From: a virus
Taxonomy: Duplodnaviria > Caudoviricetes
Direction: 5' to 3' (one strand)
IMG/VR virus record: IMGVR_UViG_3300005611_002069
Coordinates: 8,238-72,237 of that record
DNA: 64,000 nt
The position numbers were made by a program, and so were the translations under genes. How positions within the stretch are numbered: the stretch's first letter is position 1; each line of letters begins with the position of its first letter. Under the pieces are notes generated by a model. The model worked only from the letters and a program-made list of their open reading frames with translations, did no database searches and was not told the origin of the DNA. Below are positions 39,354-47,128 of the stretch, piece after piece.

Positions 39354-40003
39354 TCTGTGGAGAAAGTTTTAGTTATGGTACTGGAGAGAAACACTGGCCT
39401 CAAATTGTGGCTCAAAAAACCAATCGTAATTTAAATAATCTTGCAATAGTAGGGTGTAGCAACTACGCAATTTGTTTTCAACTTCAATACGCTTTAACCT
39501 TTCTTAAACCTGACGATCTAGTAATAATATCTTTAACTGCTGCAGAGCGTTTTGAAATTGACGATGACGAACATAATGTTCCAGCAAGTATATCAGATTT
39601 TAGACACAATATTGATGAAATAACTGACTCACCGTATAATAAGACTCCAACAATCACATCTGGCAATTTATCATCTCACTTACGTAATTATCATATTGAG
39701 CGAATAAAAAAGTATATGATGATAAGCTCTTATAGGCTTTCAGCTCAATACCAAGCATGGTGTATAAATTATTTACTGTCAAAGGTACAAAGTAAATATT
39801 TACTTTACAGAAATATATTTCCAAGGTATCATTCTAATAAAGAGATGTATAAAAAAGAGTATTACTTTGACTTAGAAAATTACATCAACTCAGGGCCGTA
39901 TGACTTTGAGACTAAACAAGTAAGCACCACGAATCATCTTTCAAATAACGATAATATCTCATTTGCTAAAAGGGTCTTAGATGACTATAGAATTAATTTT
40001 TGA
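39317..40003 (+). CDS. SGNH/GDSL-fold protein (TTG start, GGAGG SD inside the upstream gene)
   Basis: ICGESFSYG block I, NLAIVGCSN block II, C-terminal NH. Confidence 0.6.
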   Translation: MRNAGLKKKNIIICGESFSYGTGEKHWPQIVAQKTNRNLNNLAIVGCSNYAICFQLQYALTFLKPDDLVIISLTAAERFEIDDDEHNVPASISDFRHNIDEITDSPYNKTPTITSGNLSSHLRNYHIERIKKYMMISSYRLSAQYQAWCINYLLSKVQSKYLLYRNIFPRYHSNKEMYKKEYYFDLENYINSGPYDFETKQVSTTNHLSNNDNISFAKRVLDDYRINF

Positions 40004-41186
40004 AAACTATCCAGAACCAAATATAGGAATGTTTGCTAATAAGAGAGAGTCAATTCCTTTTTTTCTCCAATTAAATAAACAATATAAAATATGTAATATA
40101 GACCACATATATAATTCAAACAATTGGGTATATCCGATTGCAATAAAAAACCCTATTTTAGAAAAAGATATTTATATAAATAGCTCTGCTTCAAATACGA
40201 ATTTTTTTATAAATCGTATAGATCAGAGAGTGCTAGAGGAAATAGCTAAAGGTAGAGGCTGGATCTGTATAGATGTAACAGAAGAACCGATAAGTAACCA
40301 TAGTTTAGCACACTTAGTAAATTATATTAGAAACTGTGTATCATACGAGTTTAAAAGGTCAAATATAAAAAAACTGTTAGAAAGAACTTTTATTCTAACC
40401 AGACAAATGAAGTCCTCTAGACGTCCTTACATAAATAGCGATTTTGTATTTAATCTCACAAGTAGAAGAGAGGCAGACGTTCAATTTTTAAATTCTACTG
40501 CTATGGCTGGCATTGTTAATAATCCCTCTGTGGAGTCTCAAGTTAAAGTACAGGGCAAAAAAGTATATTCTTTTTTTAATTATGATTATACTACAGAGCA
40601 TATAAGGTTTATCTCTATAGCCCTCTTACAAAAACTAGAACTTCTGGACTATGGTCATATAAGTCTTTTAGACAAAGGTAAGTACTTCTCAGATTATTAT
40701 CATGATTTTTGTGGTACATACAATAAGAGGAAAATGAATATTACATTTAACCAAACTGATAAAGTTCACGAGTTATTAGATGTAGTAGACACCCTTAATA
40801 AGTCTTACATAAACTTAGTTATGGAAGCATACTATGATATTGCTGATATTGATACTTTATATATAACAGAAAAAACTTTTAGAAATTATTATCTTAAAAA
40901 ACCTTTTATTGTAATAGGACAATCTGAGACGTTATCAGCCTTGAAAAATATAGGATATAAAAGTTTTCATCCATATATAAATGAAGAATATGATGAAACC
41001 GTAAGCGGATCGGTAAGATTACAAAAGATATTTAAGGAGCTCAAAAGACTATGTTCCTTTACTGAAGAAGATTGGAAAGAGTTTTATAAAAATATATCTC
41101 CAATACTAGAGCATAATTTTAAAATAAATACAGAAGTGAGGCCAAAGACCTCATACGAAACTTTCAAAGAGTATATTAATGGCTAA
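39981..41186 (+). CDS. putative GT-B glycosyltransferase (GT10-like motif), paralogue of 9655-10794
   Basis: YINLVME..YITEKTF..KPFIVIG..GYKSFHPYINEEYD. Confidence 0.5.
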   Translation: MTIELIFENYPEPNIGMFANKRESIPFFLQLNKQYKICNIDHIYNSNNWVYPIAIKNPILEKDIYINSSASNTNFFINRIDQRVLEEIAKGRGWICIDVTEEPISNHSLAHLVNYIRNCVSYEFKRSNIKKLLERTFILTRQMKSSRRPYINSDFVFNLTSRREADVQFLNSTAMAGIVNNPSVESQVKVQGKKVYSFFNYDYTTEHIRFISIALLQKLELLDYGHISLLDKGKYFSDYYHDFCGTYNKRKMNITFNQTDKVHELLDVVDTLNKSYINLVMEAYYDIADIDTLYITEKTFRNYYLKKPFIVIGQSETLSALKNIGYKSFHPYINEEYDETVSGSVRLQKIFKELKRLCSFTEEDWKEFYKNISPILEHNFKINTEVRPKTSYETFKEYING

Positions 41187-41637
41187 TACAAGCAAAAATA
41201 AAGGTAGTGCTTATGAAGCTAAGATAGCAAAACTACTTACAAATGAGTTTAAGGTTGAATTTAGAAGAGTGCCTTTAAGTGGTGCGATTGACTATCTCAA
41301 AGGAGATATATGGACACCAAAAGATACAGCCTGGTGGCCTTATTGTATAGAGTGTAAACACTATAAGGATATACAGTGGAATAATTTTCTTACTTCAAAA
41401 ACAACAGATATGTTAGTGTTTTGGAAGCAAACATTAAGAGAGGCAGAGGTGATGGATAAAAAACCTCTACTAATTTTCAGATGGAATAGATCGAAAGATT
41501 TTGTAGCATTTAATGATGAGTTACTCGTTGAACACTATGTAGAAATAAAGTCTTTTGGTTGTCACTTTAAAATAACTCTATTAGATGAATGGATAAAGTG
41601 CATTAAAAACCAATCTTTTGTTGCCAAGTCATCATGA
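41179..41637 (+). CDS. Holliday-junction resolvase-like nuclease (T5 D14)
   Basis: KGSAYE, RRVPLSGA, GDI, IECKHYK (PD-(D/E)xK). Confidence 0.88.
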   Translation: MANTSKNKGSAYEAKIAKLLTNEFKVEFRRVPLSGAIDYLKGDIWTPKDTAWWPYCIECKHYKDIQWNNFLTSKTTDMLVFWKQTLREAEVMDKKPLLIFRWNRSKDFVAFNDELLVEHYVEIKSFGCHFKITLLDEWIKCIKNQSFVAKSS

Positions 41638-41649
41638 TATTGATATTAT
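41621..41649 (+). promoter_or_regulatory. sigma70 promoter for D15
   Basis: TTGCCA-17 bp-TATTAT; AGGAG SD at 41662. Confidence 0.7.
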
Positions 41650-41674
41650 ATATTTATTAACAGGAGAAATATAT

Positions 41675-42529
41675 ATGAACAACTCAAAATCATGGAATGA
41701 TCTGGAGGCTTTACAAACGCCAGATTATGAAGCCTACAATAATGTGTTACTTATAGATGGTAACAATCTTTCTTATCGCTGGTTACAAAGACCTAATCAC
41801 GGTAATTATGCTAATGAGTTCATTAGAACTGTCCAATCATTATCAAAATCTTATGAAGCCTCAAGAACTATTGTCTGTTTTGACTTTGGTAAAAGTTATT
41901 TTAGAATGGACATGTCAGAGGAATACAAAGGAAATCGAAAGAAGCCAAAAGAAGAAGAAGAAATAAAGCGCTATGAAGCCTTTTTTGAAGTGCTAAACAA
42001 TCTGCCTGATATGTTAGATGAAGAAGTTTTAAAGTTTAGAGGAGTCGAGGCTGATGATACTATTGCATATTTAGTTATGAAATATGAAGAACAAACTAAC
42101 TATAATCATATTTGGATCGTATCATCTGACCGTGACTTATATCAACTAGTAAGTGAAAAAACTAGCATATTTAATATTTTTGGTAGACGAGAAGTAACCT
42201 ATACGACTATGCAAGAAGAAATGGAAATTACTCCTGACCTATATTTACTATCAAGAATAATAGAAGGCGATAAAAGTGATAATATTATTGGAGTAGAAGG
42301 TATCGGCCCAAAGCGTGCACAAGGTTTAGCTAAAGAGTATAAAACTTTTGATGCTCTAATTAAAGCATTACCTATAAAAGGCAGAGCCAAATATATACAA
42401 AATCTTAACGCGTCAAAAGAGTTACTCATCAGAAATGAAAAAATGATTAGCCTTAAAGCATATAATGAGCAAGCATTAGATGCAGCTAAAGAACCAGAGA
42501 TAGTTCGTGACAAACTTTCATCAATGTAG
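41675..42529 (+). CDS. 5'-3' exonuclease/flap endonuclease (T5 D15); likely start 41675
   Basis: IDGNN, YKGNRK, VEADD, SSDRD, GDKSDNIIGVEGIGPK. Confidence 0.93.
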   Translation: MNNSKSWNDLEALQTPDYEAYNNVLLIDGNNLSYRWLQRPNHGNYANEFIRTVQSLSKSYEASRTIVCFDFGKSYFRMDMSEEYKGNRKKPKEEEEIKRYEAFFEVLNNLPDMLDEEVLKFRGVEADDTIAYLVMKYEEQTNYNHIWIVSSDRDLYQLVSEKTSIFNIFGRREVTYTTMQEEMEITPDLYLLSRIIEGDKSDNIIGVEGIGPKRAQGLAKEYKTFDALIKALPIKGRAKYIQNLNASKELLIRNEKMISLKAYNEQALDAAKEPEIVRDKLSSM

Positions 42530-43097
42530 TATTAAAGTTAAAAAGAGAGAATTAGCTAGATTATTAGAAGAACGAGATGGTGTCAGTTGGTCATTTGATC
42601 CTGTTAGTAGGTTTGACCCTTTCCTTTATTTAAGATGTTGTACACCAAAACCTATAACTATAAAAGCTAATTCTACTCTACCAATACCTACAGGTATTAC
42701 TGTTGAGTTAAATAATCCAAATTTTAAAATGCAAATCACAACGTTATCTGCTTTAGCTTTAAAAAAAGGTTTAATAGTTTTAGACTCTCCAGCAACACTA
42801 GATTATAGTTTTCGCGGTGAGATTTGGATAATGTTACACAATATTTCAAATATAGATGCTGTAATTAGAACTGGAGAAAGGGTAGCACAGTTTTCAATTG
42901 AACCTACTATTTCACTAAATATAAGTTATGTAGATGAAGTTGATACAGAAACCCCTAGTTTAGGTATGGTAAAATGGATTTCTGAACATATAAAGAGTAA
43001 AACTAACAAGGTGCAAAAAGAACAATATCCAATTGAAAATGTATCTAAAGAAAAAATTTTAAAAATTTTGAATTTAAATGAGTCAGAAAATGATTGA
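42507..43097 (+). CDS. dut: degenerate trimeric dUTPase-like protein (GTG start)
   Basis: LDYSFRGEI (motif III) and GERVAQ (motif IV) present; motifs I, II and V not recognisable; T5-syntenic position. Confidence 0.7.
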   Translation: MTNFHQCSIKVKKRELARLLEERDGVSWSFDPVSRFDPFLYLRCCTPKPITIKANSTLPIPTGITVELNNPNFKMQITTLSALALKKGLIVLDSPATLDYSFRGEIWIMLHNISNIDAVIRTGERVAQFSIEPTISLNISYVDEVDTETPSLGMVKWISEHIKSKTNKVQKEQYPIENVSKEKILKILNLNESEND

Positions 43098-43177
43098 TTG
43101 TAACTTTTCAATATTGTGACTTATAGAGAATTTAATCATATTTTGAAATAAATAAATTTATAAAAGCTAGGATAGTA

Positions 43178-44299
43178 ATGGTTTTATTTTTAACTCAGTA
43201 TTATAGAGGAATAGGACACGCAAATAGAATTAGATTGTTAGCTGAAGAAGTTGGCAAACATACGGAATGTATAGTAGTTGATCAATTATTTAAACCACCT
43301 TTAAATTTTACTAACGCAACACATTATGCTCTTTTACATGATTACAAAGTTAAAGACATAAAAAAAATATTTCATTTTATTCAACAAAAAGAATTAATCA
43401 GGTTTCGAATCAGAAAATGGAAAGAAATATTAGATCTACACAAACCTAAAGTCATAGTAGTAGAAGGTTTTCCATTTTGTAGACATCAATTTGCGTTTGA
43501 GTATTTTACTTATTTAAAAGAGGCTAAAAAAAGAAATATAAAGATTCTTTGCTCTATAAGAGATTATCCATGGGATGAACCACACGAACCAGGGTTACAA
43601 GACTGGGTTGCCAATACACAAAATCTAGCAATTCAAATGTACTTTGATAAAATACTTGTTCATGGAGATAAAGACATAATGCCATTACTCTCTGACAGAG
43701 TTAGAATTGAAAACACATCAGCAATCATAGGTGAGTTAGAGAAATATGTAACCTACACAGGTTATGTGGTAGATAAAAAACTTAAAAAACATGAAAGAAA
43801 GAATAACACAGTATATGTAAGTTGCGGCATGAATAAAGAAGAAGTGTTAATTATTTTCAAGCAGGTGATTAAAGCAGCAGAAAAGTTTCCAGAATTAAAT
43901 TTCATAATGCCAACTGCTAATGATTATATGGAAAAGTTAAAAAATACAACAAAACGAAATGTAACACTAACTGACTATATCGAAAATTTATCTAGTAAAA
44001 TATCTGATTGTGCTTTGTTTATTACTTATGGTGGGTATAACTCAACAATGGAGATACTACAAACAGAGTGTCCTGCTATAATAATTCCTAGGCAAAATGG
44101 TCAAAAACTGGAACAATTTGTTAGAGCATACGCATTTGAGCCTCTCAATGTTTTTAAAGTTTGTAGTCCTAATGAATTAAATAATCTACACAAAGTTATA
44201 ATCGAAGCTCAGAAAGATAAATCTTTTCCAAAAAAATTTGAATATAGTATGAATGGGGTAGAAAACAGTGCAGAAGAAATCTTCAAGTATATCTCTTGA
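43178..44299 (+). CDS. GT-B glycosyltransferase (COG4671/GT28-like)
   Basis: GIGHANR, VEGFPFCRHQF, GGYNSTME, IPR..EQ..RA. Confidence 0.82.
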   Translation: MVLFLTQYYRGIGHANRIRLLAEEVGKHTECIVVDQLFKPPLNFTNATHYALLHDYKVKDIKKIFHFIQQKELIRFRIRKWKEILDLHKPKVIVVEGFPFCRHQFAFEYFTYLKEAKKRNIKILCSIRDYPWDEPHEPGLQDWVANTQNLAIQMYFDKILVHGDKDIMPLLSDRVRIENTSAIIGELEKYVTYTGYVVDKKLKKHERKNNTVYVSCGMNKEEVLIIFKQVIKAAEKFPELNFIMPTANDYMEKLKNTTKRNVTLTDYIENLSSKISDCALFITYGGYNSTMEILQTECPAIIIPRQNGQKLEQFVRAYAFEPLNVFKVCSPNELNNLHKVIIEAQKDKSFPKKFEYSMNGVENSAEEIFKYIS

Positions 44300-44822
44300 C
44301 GAGTTTAAAAAAATGAGAAATGAATGGCGAGAACAAATTGCTATATCTGAAATTAAACAGATAAGTTATTGGAAGTCAATAAATGCCTTGGAGCTTGCAT
44401 ATAAAAATGCTGCAAAAAATAAGTATATTGTCATGACTTTGCGAGACAAAAAAATGCGTTATAAGTTTCCTAAAGCCAAGAATGTAGTTTTAGTTGGTTC
44501 TGGAATGTATCCCTATAGTCTGTTTGATTTACATAAGCAGTATCCTCATATAAAATCAATAGGGATCGAGATAGATAAAAAAAGAGCATTGATTAGTAAA
44601 ATACTTGTGGAAAACTCACCAGCTAAAGACATGATTACTATTTTAAATTGTGATGGTATAGACTATGACTATAGTTGGTTAGACCATGATGATCTAGTAT
44701 TTGTAAGTGTTGATGTTGAGATAGAAAAAAAGATACAAGAGAAAGTTATACTTGAAAGTAAAGCATCACCTTTTCTTTGTGCGCCTTATCATACGGCGTG
44801 GAGAGACGCTTACCTTAGTTGA
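44268..44822 (+). CDS. nicotianamine-synthase/CntL-like SAM-dependent protein
   Basis: VVLVGSGMYPYS...SIGIEID resembles CntL LLVGSGAYPMT...IGIDID; true start may be an internal ATG. Confidence 0.62.
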   Translation: MQKKSSSISLDEFKKMRNEWREQIAISEIKQISYWKSINALELAYKNAAKNKYIVMTLRDKKMRYKFPKAKNVVLVGSGMYPYSLFDLHKQYPHIKSIGIEIDKKRALISKILVENSPAKDMITILNCDGIDYDYSWLDHDDLVFVSVDVEIEKKIQEKVILESKASPFLCAPYHTAWRDAYLS

Positions 44823-44891
44823 CTTTCTCTTCTTCGGTTTGCGTCTCTTTACACCATAATTGCTTTTAAAGGCATCTACGTCAGTAATCAT
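44766..44891 (-). CDS. 41-aa protamine-like peptide (not in ORF track)
   Basis: MITDVDAFKSNYGVKRRKPKKRKSTKVSVSPRRMIRRTKKR; 17 K/R; ATGA coupling to the upstream ORF. Confidence 0.65.
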   Translation of the reverse strand: MITDVDAFKSNYGVKRRKPKKRKSTKVSVSPRRMIRRTKKR

Positions 44892-45097
44892 TTCTTTTTC
44901 TTAATAGTCCTGATTACCTGTATATTAGGGTTTTTAACTTCTTTAATAAGTCTAGTTTTTTCTGGCAAAGTTCTATAGTATTCCATTGTTTTACTTTTTA
45001 CAGCAGAATCATATTCCTCAATTAATCCAACTCTTGGATCACCAATCATTTCTAACTTACCTTCGCCCTTACCTGAGCCAAATGTATCTCTAGCCAT
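44888..45097 (-). CDS. small basic hypothetical protein
   Basis: 69 aa; GGAG SD. Confidence 0.7.
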   Translation of the reverse strand: MARDTFGSGKGEGKLEMIGDPRVGLIEEYDSAVKSKTMEYYRTLPEKTRLIKEVKNPNIQVIRTIKKKK

Positions 45098-45107
45098 GGG
45101 TCACTCC

Positions 45108-45479
45108 TTACAGTGCAGGGCCGCCTTTTAGAGGTGCGTAAAACTTACCACCCATGCCGCCTTGAACATTTTCACTAGCTGCTTGGTACTTTTTATTTAT
45201 ACCAGTAGCTGCTGGACCTTTTGATACATGACCTGCGGCCATAGAACCAGCTGCTGAACTCATATCAGCCATTACTGGACCTTGATCTACGTATCCAGGA
45301 GCAGTTTTCATTCCAGCCATTGGGCCACCTTTTACAGCGCCAGCAGGTCTAGAATCACTTGAACCCGTGAATGAAGTTCTCTGTGTGCCACCTTTTGGCA
45401 TACCTGTAGCTTGTTTAGCATTTTTTACATACTTTAAAGCTTCGGCATCACCTGTGACTGTTTTTTTAATCATAGACAT
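45108..45479 (-). CDS. Gly/Ala/Met-rich low-complexity protein
   Basis: recurrent KGGP/KGP/QGP/QGG motifs; AGGAGG SD. Confidence 0.75.
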   Translation of the reverse strand: MSMIKKTVTGDAEALKYVKNAKQATGMPKGGTQRTSFTGSSDSRPAGAVKGGPMAGMKTAPGYVDQGPVMADMSSAAGSMAAGHVSKGPAATGINKKYQAASENVQGGMGGKFYAPLKGGPAL

Positions 45480-45492
45480 TATGTTGTCCTCC

Positions 45493-46224
45493 TTATGAAA
45501 TTGCTGCTTTTACAGTTTCCGTATTATTACCAGCGTTAGCTGCTTCTGAGACAGATGATCTTACAGTTACAGTTGGTGCACCACCAGCTGCGATTGAAGT
45601 AAAGTAAGAGTTTGCACCAGTAAATGTACAATGTTCAATTACTGTAGCAACGTTACTTAGCATTCCAGTGTCTACTGGAAAGTTACAATATCTGTAAGTT
45701 TGGCTTCCAGAATTGTTATGAGCAACAACACCATAACCTGCTGAAACATTATCACCAAATGTACAATTTTCTGCTATGATTACAGAAGCTGCATCATCCG
45801 CTACAACACCTGCGTTTGAATCTAATACACCAGTTGTAATACCTGCATTAGCAATTGCTAGTGCAGCACTTCTACTTGGACCGTCTGTTCCATCAAAAAT
45901 ACAATTTTCAAAGGTTACAGTAACAGCAGCGTTACCTACAATTGCTCCTGGTGAAGCGATTTTGCAGTTTTTAATTATTACGTTTGAACCAGCTGTTATA
46001 CCAGATGGTATAGAAAAACCAGTAAACACAATATCTTTAGCATCGCCCATACCCATTATAGTTACATCTGCAACATTAGTTGTTCTTGGATCGGTATAAG
46101 AACCTGGTAACACTTGAATTACATCACCTGCTTGTAGATGGTTAGTAGGAATATGGTCAATAGATTTGAACTGTGCGCCCAAGTTAAGTTCTGGGCTAAC
46201 TATGTGAGTCTGTTTATTTGACAT
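45493..46224 (-). CDS. parallel beta-helix (pectin-lyase-like) putative virion protein
   Basis: GDVIQVLPGSY start and repeated IKNCKI/FENCIF/AENCTF/RYCNF/IEHCTF rungs. Confidence 0.7.
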   Translation of the reverse strand: MSNKQTHIVSPELNLGAQFKSIDHIPTNHLQAGDVIQVLPGSYTDPRTTNVADVTIMGMGDAKDIVFTGFSIPSGITAGSNVIIKNCKIASPGAIVGNAAVTVTFENCIFDGTDGPSRSAALAIANAGITTGVLDSNAGVVADDAASVIIAENCTFGDNVSAGYGVVAHNNSGSQTYRYCNFPVDTGMLSNVATVIEHCTFTGANSYFTSIAAGGAPTVTVRSSVSEAANAGNNTETVKAAIS

Positions 46225-46400
46225 TATTTTTTACCCTTCTTTTTAAGAATAGCTTTTTGTAAAGCTGGAGGTAACTTCTTCTGCGCTGCAGTTAGTCCGT
46301 TCTTGCCATTCCCGTTTCCGTTCATTGCTTTCCCGTTCTTCATGGTGTTACCATTACCATTTTTTTTCATCATACCATTTTTCATTTTATGTTTTGGCAT
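46224..46400 (-). CDS. 58-aa Lys/Asn-Gly-rich peptide (not in ORF track)
   Basis: MPKHKMKNGMMKKNGNGNTMKNGKAMNGNGNGKNGLTAAQKKLPPALQKAILKKKGKK; GGAG SD; TAATG coupling. Confidence 0.8.
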   Translation of the reverse strand: MPKHKMKNGMMKKNGNGNTMKNGKAMNGNGNGKNGLTAAQKKLPPALQKAILKKKGKK

Positions 46401-46411
46401 TTTATATCTCC

Positions 46412-46440
46412 ATTTTCATTTAATTGTAATTAAAAGTCAA
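46412..46440 (-). promoter_or_regulatory. possible internal late promoter
   Basis: TTGACT-17 bp-GAAAAT on the minus strand; weak -10. Confidence 0.3.
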
Positions 46441-46444
46441 AATT

Positions 46445-46648
46445 TTATTTATTCTTTTTCTGAAGAGCTTTTCCTGCTGTATTCAGAGCTATCGCTACCG
46501 CTTGCTTTCGTAAGGCTTGTTTCTTCGATATTCCTTGCTTTTTCGAAATTGTCGCTATCGCTTTTGATCTCGAACGTGAAGGTTTCTTCATCAGCTCTTT
46601 GATGTTTTTTGATATCGTTTTCTGACTCTTTCCTTTTTTCAACGGCAT
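46445..46648 (-). CDS. small basic phage protein
   Basis: MPLKKGKSQKTISKNIKELM...KQAVAIAL pattern familiar from phage proteins; GGAG SD. Confidence 0.75.
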   Translation of the reverse strand: MPLKKGKSQKTISKNIKELMKKPSRSRSKAIATISKKQGISKKQALRKQAVAIALNTAGKALQKKNK

Positions 46649-46916
46649 CTTCTTCTCCCATAGTCACTAGCATTTCAGAGGGTGACTTTGGTGCATTAGA
46701 CTCTTCTCTAGGAGTTTCTTGCACAGTGTATACCAGATAATCTCTATCTGAATTAATATAAGCTGCTGATACAGCTAGTTTATTAGTCCACCAAGTTGGT
46801 AGAGAAGCTTCATTATCTTCAGGTAAACTACGAAGAATATCTTGACAATCTTCTATTATATTAGCGCACTGTCTTCTAGCAGAGGCTACATCAGTGTGTC
46901 CATCTTTTAATTTCAT
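46449..46916 (-). CDS. hypothetical protein whose acidic tail overlaps the basic ORF
   Basis: N-terminal LPTWWTNKL..RDYL motif; ATGA coupling. Confidence 0.65.
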   Translation of the reverse strand: MKLKDGHTDVASARRQCANIIEDCQDILRSLPEDNEASLPTWWTNKLAVSAAYINSDRDYLVYTVQETPREESNAPKSPSEMLVTMGEEDAVEKRKESENDIKKHQRADEETFTFEIKSDSDNFEKARNIEETSLTKASGSDSSEYSRKSSSEKE

Positions 46917-47128
46917 CTTCTGCTCCTTGATTTTTTAAAACCTATAGGTTTTGAGTACTTAACTGGATAGCCTTTTTTTCTCTCATTAACTATATGTTTT
47001 TCTAATCTATTTGTAGTAAGTTTACCACTTGTAGCAAGTTTACGCAAACGTTCATTTTTACGAATTTTAGGACTGGGAGGTTTTTTAAACTTAAACCTTC
47101 CAACTTTTTTTATAGTTCTGTAAGCCAT
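46913..47128 (-). CDS. 71-aa Lys/Arg-rich protein
   Basis: very basic; overlaps the radical SAM stop. Confidence 0.65.
   Translation of the reverse strand: MAYRTIKKVGRFKFKKPPSPKIRKNERLRKLATSGKLTTNRLEKHIVNERKKGYPVKYSKPIGFKKSRSRR

Noticed and set aside
41618-41674. N-terminal extension of D15
   Set aside because: Contains the promoter and SD for ATG 41675
43098-43177. Promoter in the AT-rich gap before the glycosyltransferase
   Set aside because: Likely present, but only weak -35/-10 pairs were found, so it was not called
46303-46602. Phe-rich hydrophobic plus-strand ORF
   Set aside because: Antisense shadow of Lys/Asn-rich minus-strand peptides (AAA read as TTT)
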